In this document: positions 38,573-49,309 of the stretch, in pieces
Numbering within the stretch: the stretch's first letter is position 1
Layout of the letters: each line of letters starts with the position of its first letter
DNA from: Antedon mediterranea
Taxonomy: Eukaryota > Animalia > Echinodermata
Direction: 5' to 3'
DNA length: 64,000 nucleotides
Assembly (NCBI RefSeq): GCF_964355755.1
Contig: NC_092674.1
Span: 8,680,001-8,744,000, forward strand
Notes under the pieces: generated by a model
The model's input: only the letters and a program-made list of their open reading frames with translations
What the model was told of the DNA's origin: nothing
Database searches by the model: none
Made by a program: the position numbers and the translations under genes

Positions 38573-41360
38573 AAGAAAAAAGGGTTTACGAATTACTTTC
38601 TGAAATCAAATGCATAAGAATGGGTTTACTAAATTACTTTCTGAAATCAAATGCATAAGAATGGGTTTACTAATTACTTTATCATATTATATAATTTTCT
38701 AATAGATGTTTTTTATACAGTTTTCTAAATACATGAACATTTGTGGAGTTTTTAAGTTCAACGGAGAGTTTATTCCATATTAAAATTTCTTTATTTGATA
38801 ACACATTTGTTTGAACATAGTTTTCCTTAAATTGGTAATAAAATGTTCCATGCTGTCTGGTATTATAGGTATGAATATCTTTATTTTATTTAAAATACCG
38901 TTGGATTATAGAAGGAAGTTGTTGTGGGCTTTGTACATTATTATGGCAGTATTTAATTCAATTACATCAAATATATTTAATGTTTTAAATGTATACAAAG
39001 TGGGTTTAGTGTGAGCTAAATAGTCAGCTTTATAGACAATTCTAATTACCCTTTTTTGTAACAAAAATAAATGCTGTAATGTACTTTTATATGAGTTACC
39101 CCATATTTCACAACAATAATTAATGTATGGTAAAACTAATGAATTATACAGAATAAATAATACACTACTTTCAAGTAGTTTTCTTAATCTATAGCCTAAG
39201 TTATACTGATGTTTTTAGCAATTTTTGTGTTTAACATGTTTTTTCCAATTAGCTTACAATCAATTTCTATTCCAAGAAATGTAGTGCTATAAACCCGGTC
39301 AATTTCAACATCGTCTATTGTTACTTTGGTTTCACATGTAACGTTTTTGGAATGGAAGATTATATAATTTGTTTTTTAACGTTTAACGAAAGTTTATTCA
39401 CTGCAAACCATATGTGAAGTTTATTTAACTCATTACTGACAATACTGCAAACTTGTTTCACATTTTTGCCAGAGCAAATAAGATTTGTACCATCAGCAAA
39501 TAAGATAAAATTAAGCAATGGCGACACACGATAAATATCATTTATGTACAGCAAAAATATGGAGGGCCCCAAAATTGAACATTGCGGTACACCGCATATA
39601 ATTTCTATAGGATCCGATTTGATAAATAACTTTTTAACCACCTTGAAGCCACACTTCGAATTCCATAATATTCTAATTTTTTTAGTAAGATGTCATGGTC
39701 AATGGTGTCAAAAGCTTTCTTGAGATCTATAAAGACGCCAACCGAGTAATTAGACTTGTCTATTGCAAATGTAATGTCTTCATTAAGTTTAAATAACTTA
39801 TTTGGTTTTCGCCCAAATTATTCTACAACCCATGCCTTAATAAGCCATGGGTTGTAGAATAATTTGGGCGAAAGCCAAATTGTCCACTATATAATAAATT
39901 GCGTTTGTTTATAAATGTCATTAATCTATTGTTAAACATCTTTTCTAATATTTTTGAAAATTGCGGAAGTAAAGAGATTGGCCTATAGTTGTTAAAATCT
40001 TGTTTATCACCAGATTTATAAACAGGTATTACCTTTGCACTTTTGAGCATATTTGGAAATGTTCCACATTCTAATGACAGGTTACATATACGCGTTACAG
40101 GTTGAACAATTTCATATACAGGTATTACTCTTTTAACCATATACATATCGATATTATCAAGTCCATAAGAATATTTACTTTTAAAATTTAGAACTTCCCT
40201 TAAAACTTCCTCACATGAAACATTGTCTAAAAATAATGATTGTTGTACACTTTCATTCATATATGATCTAAAACTTGTATCATCAATATGTGGAATTTGC
40301 TTAGCTAAATTAGGTCCAACATTTGAAAAACCATTTGCAATATTTTTGGGATGAGACACAATTTCATTTCCCTGTTTAAATTCTCTTGGTAAATTATTTG
40401 TGGTATTCTTTCTGTTTGCGAAATCATTTAATATCTTCTAAGTACCCTTGATGTTCTTTTCTTTCTCTTTCAAGATTTTACTGTAGTATGTTTTTCTGCA
40501 TTTCTAAGAATTCTTGTTTGTTTTTATATGTTTTGTATTTATTTGCTGAAGCTAAACTTTGGTATTTTTAAGTCCCGTAGTAAACCATGGTTTATTTTCT
40601 CTTTTTTTAGATATATTAATTTTTTTCAATGGCAAATTTTTATTATACAAATCAGTAAAAACATTTATGAATTGATTATATGCCAAATCCGGGTCATTTA
40701 CATTTTCCAATATTTGCCAATTTGTATTTCTTAGGTCAGATTAAATTTTTTTATATTCTCGTCATTAATTACTCTTTTAAAAATAAAATTGGGTTCTTGT
40801 ATAGTTTCCACATTATAGTCAACAAGAGAAAAAACAAGTTGATCACTTATATCATTTATCAAAATACCACTTTTCATGGAGACTTCAATCTCTGGCGTAA
40901 ATATGTTGTCTATAATAAGCGAAGCACTAGTCTCAGTTACCCTTGTTGGTTTTGTTATAAGAGGGAAGGTGCCATTACTAATAATATATCCACAAAAAGA
41001 CTTGTGTACTTGTTACTTTCATATTTCAAAAGATCAATATTATAATCACCACATATGTATAATTGTTTATCTCTCTTTTCATGAAAAATGTTCAAATCCA
41101 AATCACTACCAGGTGCTCGGTAAATACAACTGACGATTATATTTCTTTTTGTATCATTGACAATTTCAACAGAAACACATTCGCAGCAATTTTTCTTTCT
41201 AAATGATACATTTTGTATTGTTTTGTGTTTAATTGAGCTTTTATAAACAATGCTATCCCACCCCCAGATTTGTCTTCCCTCGATGTAAAGTATGATTCAT
41301 AGCCATTTAAACTAAAGACATTTTCTTTGCTATCACTTGCCCATGTCTCAGATATTGCTG
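38546..41360 (-). mobile_element. Degenerate non-LTR retrotransposon (CR1/L2-group LINE)
   Basis: Minus-strand remnants: endonuclease AISETW (~41340-41360); RT NYRPISLLPQFSKILEK, QFGFR, GVPQCSILGP, LFADGT; several frameshifts. Confidence 0.9.
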
Positions 41361-41383
41361 ACTACAGCTATAAAAACCTGGGT

Positions 41384-42625
41384 TATCTTTCAAGATACCA
41401 AAATCATTCACCTTTCAATTCAAAATGGATCCTCAGGAAGCAGCAAATGTACCACCAGCATCTCCAACAAAGTCACTTGGTATTATGCATTTTGAGCAGT
41501 TGTTCAACTTGATCTGGTGGAGCTTACAACTGGAGAGGAAGATGAAGAAACAGAGAATTGCTGGCAGTTCGATTCAAGACTGCTGAGACTGCTACTAAAT
41601 TCAAAGCAGCATTTGAAAATGCAAAGGAAGCTGTCAAAGAGAAAAATTTAGTAAGAAGTCTGAGCCAGCAGAAGAAGTAAAAGAGACATAGGAGATAAAT
41701 AAAGATGAAATGAAGGAGATCGAAAATGAAGAGGCAACAGAAGACCACAAAAGGGAAGAAGTTGAACATGACGAAGTATATGAAGTTGACGATGATTATG
41801 AAGACTATGAGGATGAAGATGACAACGATAATGGTGAAGATGACGACGATGATGAAGAAGATGCAGAAGAGGAAGAAAAACCGAAAGAAACTCAGGTGAA
41901 AAAACAAATAGAAAAGTAGGAAGAAACAGGAGGAAAGCAAAAGATAATACTACAGGTATTGTTTGTTATTCCAAGGAAGAGTGAAATTTCACTCTTCCCT
42001 GGTCATTCCTTTTCCTTACATATTCAATGTGGTTGTATAAGCCTAATTCCATCTCATGTTAGCCCGGTTTGTGTACATAACACTTACCTAAATTAATATC
42101 AGCAGTCAGAAAAACAATGAATGACGATAATTATATAAGCGTAGCTCAACATTCAGTCCTGAAAAGAATTCTGGATCAAGTTCAAAGAGTTCTGATCAAT
42201 GATTTTATACAGAAGAAGAACGGGATGATCTGCAGTTTAAACCAGTTGTCACCTTGCAAGAGGTTGAGGTAAAGACTCATGGTGAAGAAGAGGAGCAAAA
42301 GTTGTACTGTCAACGAAGCTTTTCCGTTGGAATCGTGTGACGAGTTCCAGTGGAAAGATTGGCGTTGGAGAGATTAAGATCTTAAAAGACAATGGCTTGA
42401 ATCGATGTCGTATTTTAATGCGCAGAGATCAAGTATTGAAAATATGTGGCAACCATAATCATCACATCAGAGATGGAGTTAAAACCGAATGCAGGGTCTG
42501 ACCGATCCCTTAGAACGCTATATGCATCTGAAATGGAACTGCAAGCTTCAAAACTTCGGATATTGCTTCCGAATTTAAATCAGTCTTTGAAAAATGTCAA
42601 AAGAGTCCAATCACTTAAAGTAAGT
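41384..42625 (+). pseudogene. Third, decayed copy of the RanBP2 3' end (deleted RanBD2, acidic tract, frameshifted RanBD3)
   Basis: Nucleotide similarity to 29880-31505 with an internal deletion at ~41555 and many indels; 3'UTR-like similarity continues to ~44500. Confidence 0.9.
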
Positions 42626-42771
42626 TGCTCATCATACACTCCTTCATAATAGGCTCATTCACCAAAACACCTTTCCTACCACACTCAATGTTGCAATCAA
42701 AGTAGAGTATGGCAATCCTTCATGATAAATGTTTTCATATTTTAAACATAATGTGTTACTGTACTATCTGT

Positions 42772-42881
42772 TTTTAGTCGCGTGGACGCGACTCTATAGT
42801 TTACTATGTCGGTCGGTCGGTCTGTCGGTCCAGTATCACTATGCGTTTTAGCACGCGGCTTATGGCTGTTGGCCTTGTTTT
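42772..42881. mobile_element. Helentron/DINE-like short insertion
   Basis: T-run flanks, palindrome agtcgcgtggacgcgact and (gtcg)n microsatellite; absent from the parental 3' region. Confidence 0.5.
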
Positions 42882-43129
42882 TATTAAAAATTAATTTACT
42901 ACTAAAAATGTTGCCTAGCAACTAACTCTTTTGAATATTTATGATTTTGCATGAGTGTATCCTGTGAAGTTTTGAACATTTATCAAGGGAGAAAAACGAA
43001 TACCATACTAAAAAGGTTAAATAAATAAAAGAAAACAAACGTGGACAATTACAATGGTTATAGACGTGAACAGTGTATCATAGATTACACACATTTGTAT
43101 CATAGATTACACACATTTGTATCTTTTGG

Positions 43130-43390
43130 AATGGAGTTGTGGGTTGGTGGTTATGATGCTTGTCTACCACTCCAAGGGTCCTAGGTTCAAATCCCGTCAC
43201 ATGTCAGGATTTTTTCTAAGGACCAAATTACTCCACTCCCAAAGACTTGTAATAAGACTTTGTTTATGTAGAGCATCTTGTGTATATGTTTGTCTTGTGA
43301 ACCTCCGATGGTCCCTAATGATCAGCAATAGCTGGATGGATCACCACCCTCATTAAAAATATGGTTTTAAAAAAAATCAAAAAAAAAATC
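43130..43390 (+). mobile_element. tRNA-derived SINE
   Basis: A-box tgggttggtgg, B-box ggttcaaatcc and A-rich tail; absent from the paralogous parental region near 32005. Confidence 0.7.
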
Positions 43391-43398
43391 TATATTAA

Positions 43399-43945
43399 AG
43401 ATGTATTGCCCCTTTGACTAATTCCAAAAAAATAAAAAATAAAATATTTCGAAAGAAAGGTGGGTCATTTTAAAGTATCATAATAGTTATTAACTATCAC
43501 CAAAACTTTTTCGAAAAAAAAAAATTTAACTGAAATACAGACTTTTTTTTGTTAAAAAAATAACTTTGACTTCCAGTCAAAGTTTTCAATCAAAACATAT
43601 CCCATAATGAAACGCACTTGTTTGGCTACTCTGTATGCATAATCATAAAACTTCCTCATGATCTGGGTGAAAATACCTTCTTAACCGTGACGAGTTGTAA
43701 ACAATCCTAATTTAGCATATGCATAATGCGTACTCATGGTTTGAAATCTTTGTTTACTTTCGCTCGTGACGATTTTCCAGATGAAATGTAATTAAACTAA
43801 TTTACCTGTTAATTACGTAAACTTGTTGTTTTTGGCTCGAATTTTCGACTTAAAGTGAATAACTTTAATATTACTTTGATATGGCCATTTTACATTTAGA
43901 ATATTTTGACCTTCATTTTTTTGTGTTTCAAGGGACAATACATCT
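43399..43945. mobile_element. Kolobok-like non-autonomous transposon
   Basis: TTAA duplication; TIR agatgtattgcccctt / aagggacaatacatct. Confidence 0.75.
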
Positions 43946-44959
43946 TTAATATAAGATAATAATATGAAATTCCATTTAGGAAAAAATAAGACAAGGATGC
44001 TCTTTGTAAAGGAATGGTATAAGTACTTATGTTTTTATTATTTAAGAGCAAAATATATTAATTTACCTCATATTATATCAGCAATTTATTGGGATCTACT
44101 GTTCCCTTTACTTATAGCTTTTTTAATTTTTGCTGTATTTTACATGTATATGGATAAATAAAAATGAGTAATTCTGCTAGAATTCTTACTAGATGAAGTC
44201 TTACTTTTCTTTTATCAATAGTATATACAGTAACAAGGGAACAAATAGATGGATTTTCGATTTGATTAGGCCTATATCAATACATTATTTTTTTTAAAGA
44301 CACATCATTTGCATTGTTTCAGAGATTGCCCAAAATATGTACATAATAATATTGAGGGGATTTTATTTATATTCTATCCATGTACATGTTGGTGCTACTT
44401 TACTTCGGCACCTAATTTGAAATCGTTGGGCACATGGTGAGCTCAAGCAATTGCGGGTGCAATATGGGTGCATACCTGATGGAAACCAACCTCAACAAAC
44501 TGCTTTAATCTTTAATGAAAGGTTCATTATTTCAGAATATAAATTAGCATTTGTCAGAGTGTATTAGTAAAAGATGAAAATAATTATATAGGCCTAACTA
44601 ATACGTTTCGTATAAATAGAGTTTTGGCCAACTTGGCTTACCATAGTATGTAACCTGGGAATTTCCAGAACAATGACGAACAGTTTTTTAACACTCTACA
44701 TTCTGATCCTTGGACCCTTTACCACCCCTTCATATTATTGAGAGGAACCACCACCACTCCTACCAGGAATTTGATTTCAAAGTAAACTTCTTTGGTAAAA
44801 CGATTTGTATATTTTGTTATTGCTCGTTCATAACATCTGTCTGTTGGTCTTTCAAACTAGGCTAGTAGGCCTAGCTAGGCCTAGGCCTACTAGGCTAGCT
44901 AGTAGGCCTTCTAGTACTAGTAGAACTAGTCTACATTAGGATATTGCTTTTTTTAGGCG

Positions 44960-45992
44960 CCTTTTATGTAAATGGTGACGTTTTTTTCCATATAAAATAA
45001 AAGCTATACATTTTAAAGTAAAACTGGTGTGTGTATGTATGGCTACGTATCAGTTGGCAAATGAGATTGTTTTCTAATGTATTGAAAAGCTCGCAATCCT
45101 GTCGGTGAAAGCATCTAACAGTTGGAATGTATAAGGCTTAATTTAGGCTAGTGTCTTACCGTAATCATTCACAACAAGTAGCTGATAAATACCAAGTATT
45201 TATAAGAGACACTAGCTGCCCAACATGTCGTGATGTCTGCCAGATTCCAGAAGGAGGGCTTGAAAAGCTACAGAACAATATGTTCATCAATGGCTTTATT
45301 GGACTATGTTACCACATTGGAACGGAAGACCGCTCCAAATTGTAGCCTTTGTAGTACAGAAGCAAGTTTTTTCTGTCGTGACTGTGATGAGTTATATTGT
45401 ACAAGTCACAGAAATGACCACACAAAAATGAAGATGTCACAACATCATTGCATTATTACAATTGAAGAATATACTGTTATCAATCCTGCATAGTACATAA
45501 GCTGTTGACTGTTTCTACATTAGCTGGTGTTGATTTTTATTTACTACATAAGCTGGAGGTTTTACTACATAAGCAGAAGATTGCTCTACATTAACGGTTT
45601 TTTCGACATTAGCTGGCGTTTTCTACATTAGCGGTTGTAACAAGCCTTGTGTGGGGTATGTATGATAATAATATATGCAGAAATAAGAAAAGTATAATAT
45701 GCATATGATATTGAATGTAGTGGACACATCAAAACATTAAAACTAATGTCTCTTATAAATACTTGGTATTTATCAGCTACTTGTTGTGAATGATTACGGT
45801 AAAACACTAGCCTAAATTAAGCCTTATACATTCCAACTGTTAGATGCTTTCGCCGACAGGATTGCCCGCTTTTCAATACATTAGAAAACAATCTCATTTG
45901 CCGACTGATACGTAGCCATACATACACCAGTTTTACTTTAAAATGTATAGCTTTTATTTTATATAGAAAAAACGTCACCATTTACATAAAAG
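44960..45992. repeat. ~250-bp inverted repeat pair (44960-45211 / 45748-45992) enclosing a TRIM fragment
   Basis: The arms are reverse complements with few mismatches. Confidence 0.9.
45213..45490 (+). pseudogene. TRIM fragment (end of RING plus B-box1), near-identical to 46973-47245
   Basis: SCPTCRDVCQIPEGGLEKLQNN / CSLCSTEASFFCRDCDELYC with one frameshift. Confidence 0.9.
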
Positions 45993-46816
45993 GGGGAATC
46001 CCGGATTATTTAGTTTTAGCGGCAGCGCCTGCATGGCATGCGTGCAGCTCAATGCGATTGTTTCTTCCAGCCAAAACAAATATCGGTTAATTTTTCAACC
46101 AATAAAAGTGCGCATGATCAGTTATTACCAAACAACCAGATGCCCAATCACATTGCAACAATTTTCACGTCGCATTTATCCAATAATTATCTGATTTGAA
46201 TGAGAAAAAAAAGAATTTCCGCGTAATTGATTGAACCCTCTTCTTGAATATTTGGACAAACAAATAAACAATGCATCGCGCGTCATAGCATGTTTATTGA
46301 ATTCTTCAACTACAGTTTAAGTTTTAAAAAATCAAGCTAAGATACATAAGTTGATAGAAATACAGATCTATTTATCAACATAGTACTGTAATGTTGAACG
46401 CATTTTTGTTTGCGCTAGCAACCACGCAGCGCCATCTATCATTGTGACGTCACACTGCAGAACTCTATAAATCCTGACGTATGCAGTGCCCTACTGCATG
46501 GAAAACATTACTGTTGCACGAAAACAGCGGATTGCTCATTCTTCTGATATATACTGTATTCTTTGCCCTATATATAGGGTACTACTGTACTAGGAACTAC
46601 TACTAGGCATGCTGAAACGACGCAGGGTATGGAACGCCCACATTATGCGCCAACTAGGCCAAATATTTATGTTATATGTTAATTTCGCTTGGTATTTCTA
46701 ATTATGTATAAACTTTGCTCTATCAATGGAAAGATCTATAAGAAATGTATGAGTATAATAATTAGTTTAATTTATTATATAAAACTTTTACTTTTCACAG
46801 GATTTTTTCATCTTCC

Positions 46817-49000
46817 ATGGCATCTAAAGAAGTAATTGAAGGAATTGAATCTGCTGCACTTGAGTGTTCTTTATGTATGAACCGCTTTACAAGACCAAAA
46901 GTTCTGACATGTGTTCATTCATTCTGTCTTCGATGCCTTGCGGAATGGGTGAAGAAAAGCGATGGGGTGCTCAGCTGCCCAACATGTCGTGATGTCTGCC
47001 AGATTCCAGAAGGAGGGCTTGAAAAGCTACAGAACAATATATTCATCAATGGCTTATTGGACTATGTTACTACATTGGAACAAAAGACCGCTCCAAATTG
47101 TAGCCTTTGTAGTACAGAAGCAAGTTTTTTCTGTCGTGACTGTGATGAGTTATACTGTACAAGTCACAGAAATGACCACACAAAAATGAAGATGTCACAA
47201 CATCATTGCATTATTACAATTGAAGAATATACTGTTATCAATCCTGTAGAGCGTTTGGCTTCTAAATCTGTATATTGTTGCAACCATAATATGCCACTTC
47301 ATTTCTTTTGTGGCAGCTGTAAGGTTCCAGTATGTGTAGGCTGTACATTAGTGGAACATCCAATATCTGATGGTCATAACATAATAAATATAGAAACTGC
47401 ATTTGAGTCATTCGCAAAACTTTCAGAAAGTTTTATAAATAAAGCAGAAGAAAATTTAATTAAGTTTCATGACATTGCAAAGCAACTCAAAATAAAAGAG
47501 AAATTGGAAATGTCTAATTACAAAGAATGTGAAGTAAAAATCACAGAAGAAGCTGACAAGGCACACCAATTGATTGATCGTTATAAGAAAGATCAACTCC
47601 AAGACCTTAAATCATCTCACCAACACAATCTCAAGTTAATCAGTGCCAATGAAAGTGAGGTTGAATTGGCTATTGCTAAATTTTCTAGTACACAGGGAAT
47701 TGCACGTACCTTGATACATAGCCCAAACCATGCTATGGCATTAAGATCAAGTTCTGATGTTTCTGAACGAATGGACGAGCTTGTAGAACAATATAACATT
47801 TCTGATGATATTTTCACACCAAATTTGGTGAAATATAAAATTAACACACACCAAACCATCATTGTTAACGCCGCTGACTTTAGAATTGAACATGCTGATG
47901 CCCCAAATTTAACAAATCCTCAACCTGTTATGTATTACCCACCACACACACCAATGTTTCCCCCTCAATTCATACCAGGCTATCTACCGGAAATTCCAAT
48001 ACCTGGATTGGGGGAACAGCAATACATACCTTCCATGATGAGCTCAACCCCGGGACCACACTATCAAGGAGAGGAAGCATACGAAGCAGAAGGTGATGCG
48101 TATAATATAGATCCGCATGTGTCACTAAAACTGCGAGACAACAATGTGTTCTCCACCCCAGCACGCAATATTGCACAGAGTAGAACACCAGAGGCTAGTA
48201 TTTCTTCAGAATCCACACGTATTGATGAAAGATTTGCAGGCTTCTCTGGACTCAATCAAACAGGAATGCCTCAAGTGGCACCAAATGGAAGTGCTGGCAT
48301 GAAACCTTCCATCTGCCAACCAAAACTTAACATATCACAACCAGCATCCTCACCAGTTGCTGTGAGTAAAGATGAAACTGCTCCAGAGAGGTCTGCCAGT
48401 GATGCTCCATTGTTACGTAAAATACTAATAGGGTCAGATGTTGACCCACCTCCTGTTGTTACACAATCTTTTCCTGCTTTCTCATCTGTTTCTTCAAACT
48501 CCAGGTTTGGCGGAGGAGACAAGTTATCTGAAAAATCTGCTGTTTCGCCTAATTTTACATTTGGTACTCGTCTGGAGTCTGCGAAAGCAAAAGAAGCTGA
48601 GCATACTCCAGTTTTCACTCCAAGTGCATCTTTTGGAAGTAAATCTGATGCAAGTGGAAACCCACAAACAGTAACCTCTGGCTTTTCATTTGGAGGTGGT
48701 AATATCTTTACCCCAGTGCCTACTAATCCAGCTTCAACCATCCAGTTCAGTCAATCCTCTTCTATATTCAACCAACCAGCAGCTCAGCCCACAAGCAGAG
48801 GACCTTTTAGTCAGCTAGTAGCAGCTACTGGTTTCAAGGGTCTCAATTCTAACTCAACAAAGGAATTTTTGCTGGGCTTAGTTTTAGGTGCTCAAACCCC
48901 ACCAACAGCAGCACCTCAGCCTAGAAAACCTACCGAAGGCTCTTTATTTTCAGGTCAGGAGTCTGTAGTATCCAGTTCAACCTCAAAAAGCAGCGGTTAG
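46817..49000 (+). CDS. TRIM-RanBP2 chimera copy 2: intact RING, B-box1, B-box2, coiled coil fused in frame to the RanBP2 Pro/FG exon (727 aa if unspliced; donor at 48996)
   Basis: Uninterrupted ORF with AG acceptor at 46799-46800 before the ATG. The junction near 47839 (LVKYK|INTHQTII) switches from TRIM sequence to a near-identical copy of 25758-26937. Confidence 0.9.
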   Translation: MASKEVIEGIESAALECSLCMNRFTRPKVLTCVHSFCLRCLAEWVKKSDGVLSCPTCRDVCQIPEGGLEKLQNNIFINGLLDYVTTLEQKTAPNCSLCSTEASFFCRDCDELYCTSHRNDHTKMKMSQHHCIITIEEYTVINPVERLASKSVYCCNHNMPLHFFCGSCKVPVCVGCTLVEHPISDGHNIINIETAFESFAKLSESFINKAEENLIKFHDIAKQLKIKEKLEMSNYKECEVKITEEADKAHQLIDRYKKDQLQDLKSSHQHNLKLISANESEVELAIAKFSSTQGIARTLIHSPNHAMALRSSSDVSERMDELVEQYNISDDIFTPNLVKYKINTHQTIIVNAADFRIEHADAPNLTNPQPVMYYPPHTPMFPPQFIPGYLPEIPIPGLGEQQYIPSMMSSTPGPHYQGEEAYEAEGDAYNIDPHVSLKLRDNNVFSTPARNIAQSRTPEASISSESTRIDERFAGFSGLNQTGMPQVAPNGSAGMKPSICQPKLNISQPASSPVAVSKDETAPERSASDAPLLRKILIGSDVDPPPVVTQSFPAFSSVSSNSRFGGGDKLSEKSAVSPNFTFGTRLESAKAKEAEHTPVFTPSASFGSKSDASGNPQTVTSGFSFGGGNIFTPVPTNPASTIQFSQSSSIFNQPAAQPTSRGPFSQLVAATGFKGLNSNSTKEFLLGLVLGAQTPPTAAPQPRKPTEGSLFSGQESVVSSSTSKSSG

Positions 49001-49309
49001 TTTTTTGTTCTATTTTTCTTTTATTGCTTAAATAAGGGAGTATATAAATGTTAATTGATCAACAAAATCTTCACCAATATGTTGAATAATAAAAACCTGC
49101 ATCTTCTCCACATACAGTAGGTAAAAAATGATGGAGTTACATATTGAAAATCTTCCAAATAGTATATTGTTATGCAGTATATAGATATATCTAATGATTT
49201 GAAACTGTTTTCCTTAAGAAGATCTGACAAGCAAGACCCAGTTGGCTTGTGCTGCAATGAACAATTTTCTTAACCCCATTTAATTGTACTGTCTTATTTT
49301 TTAAATCAG

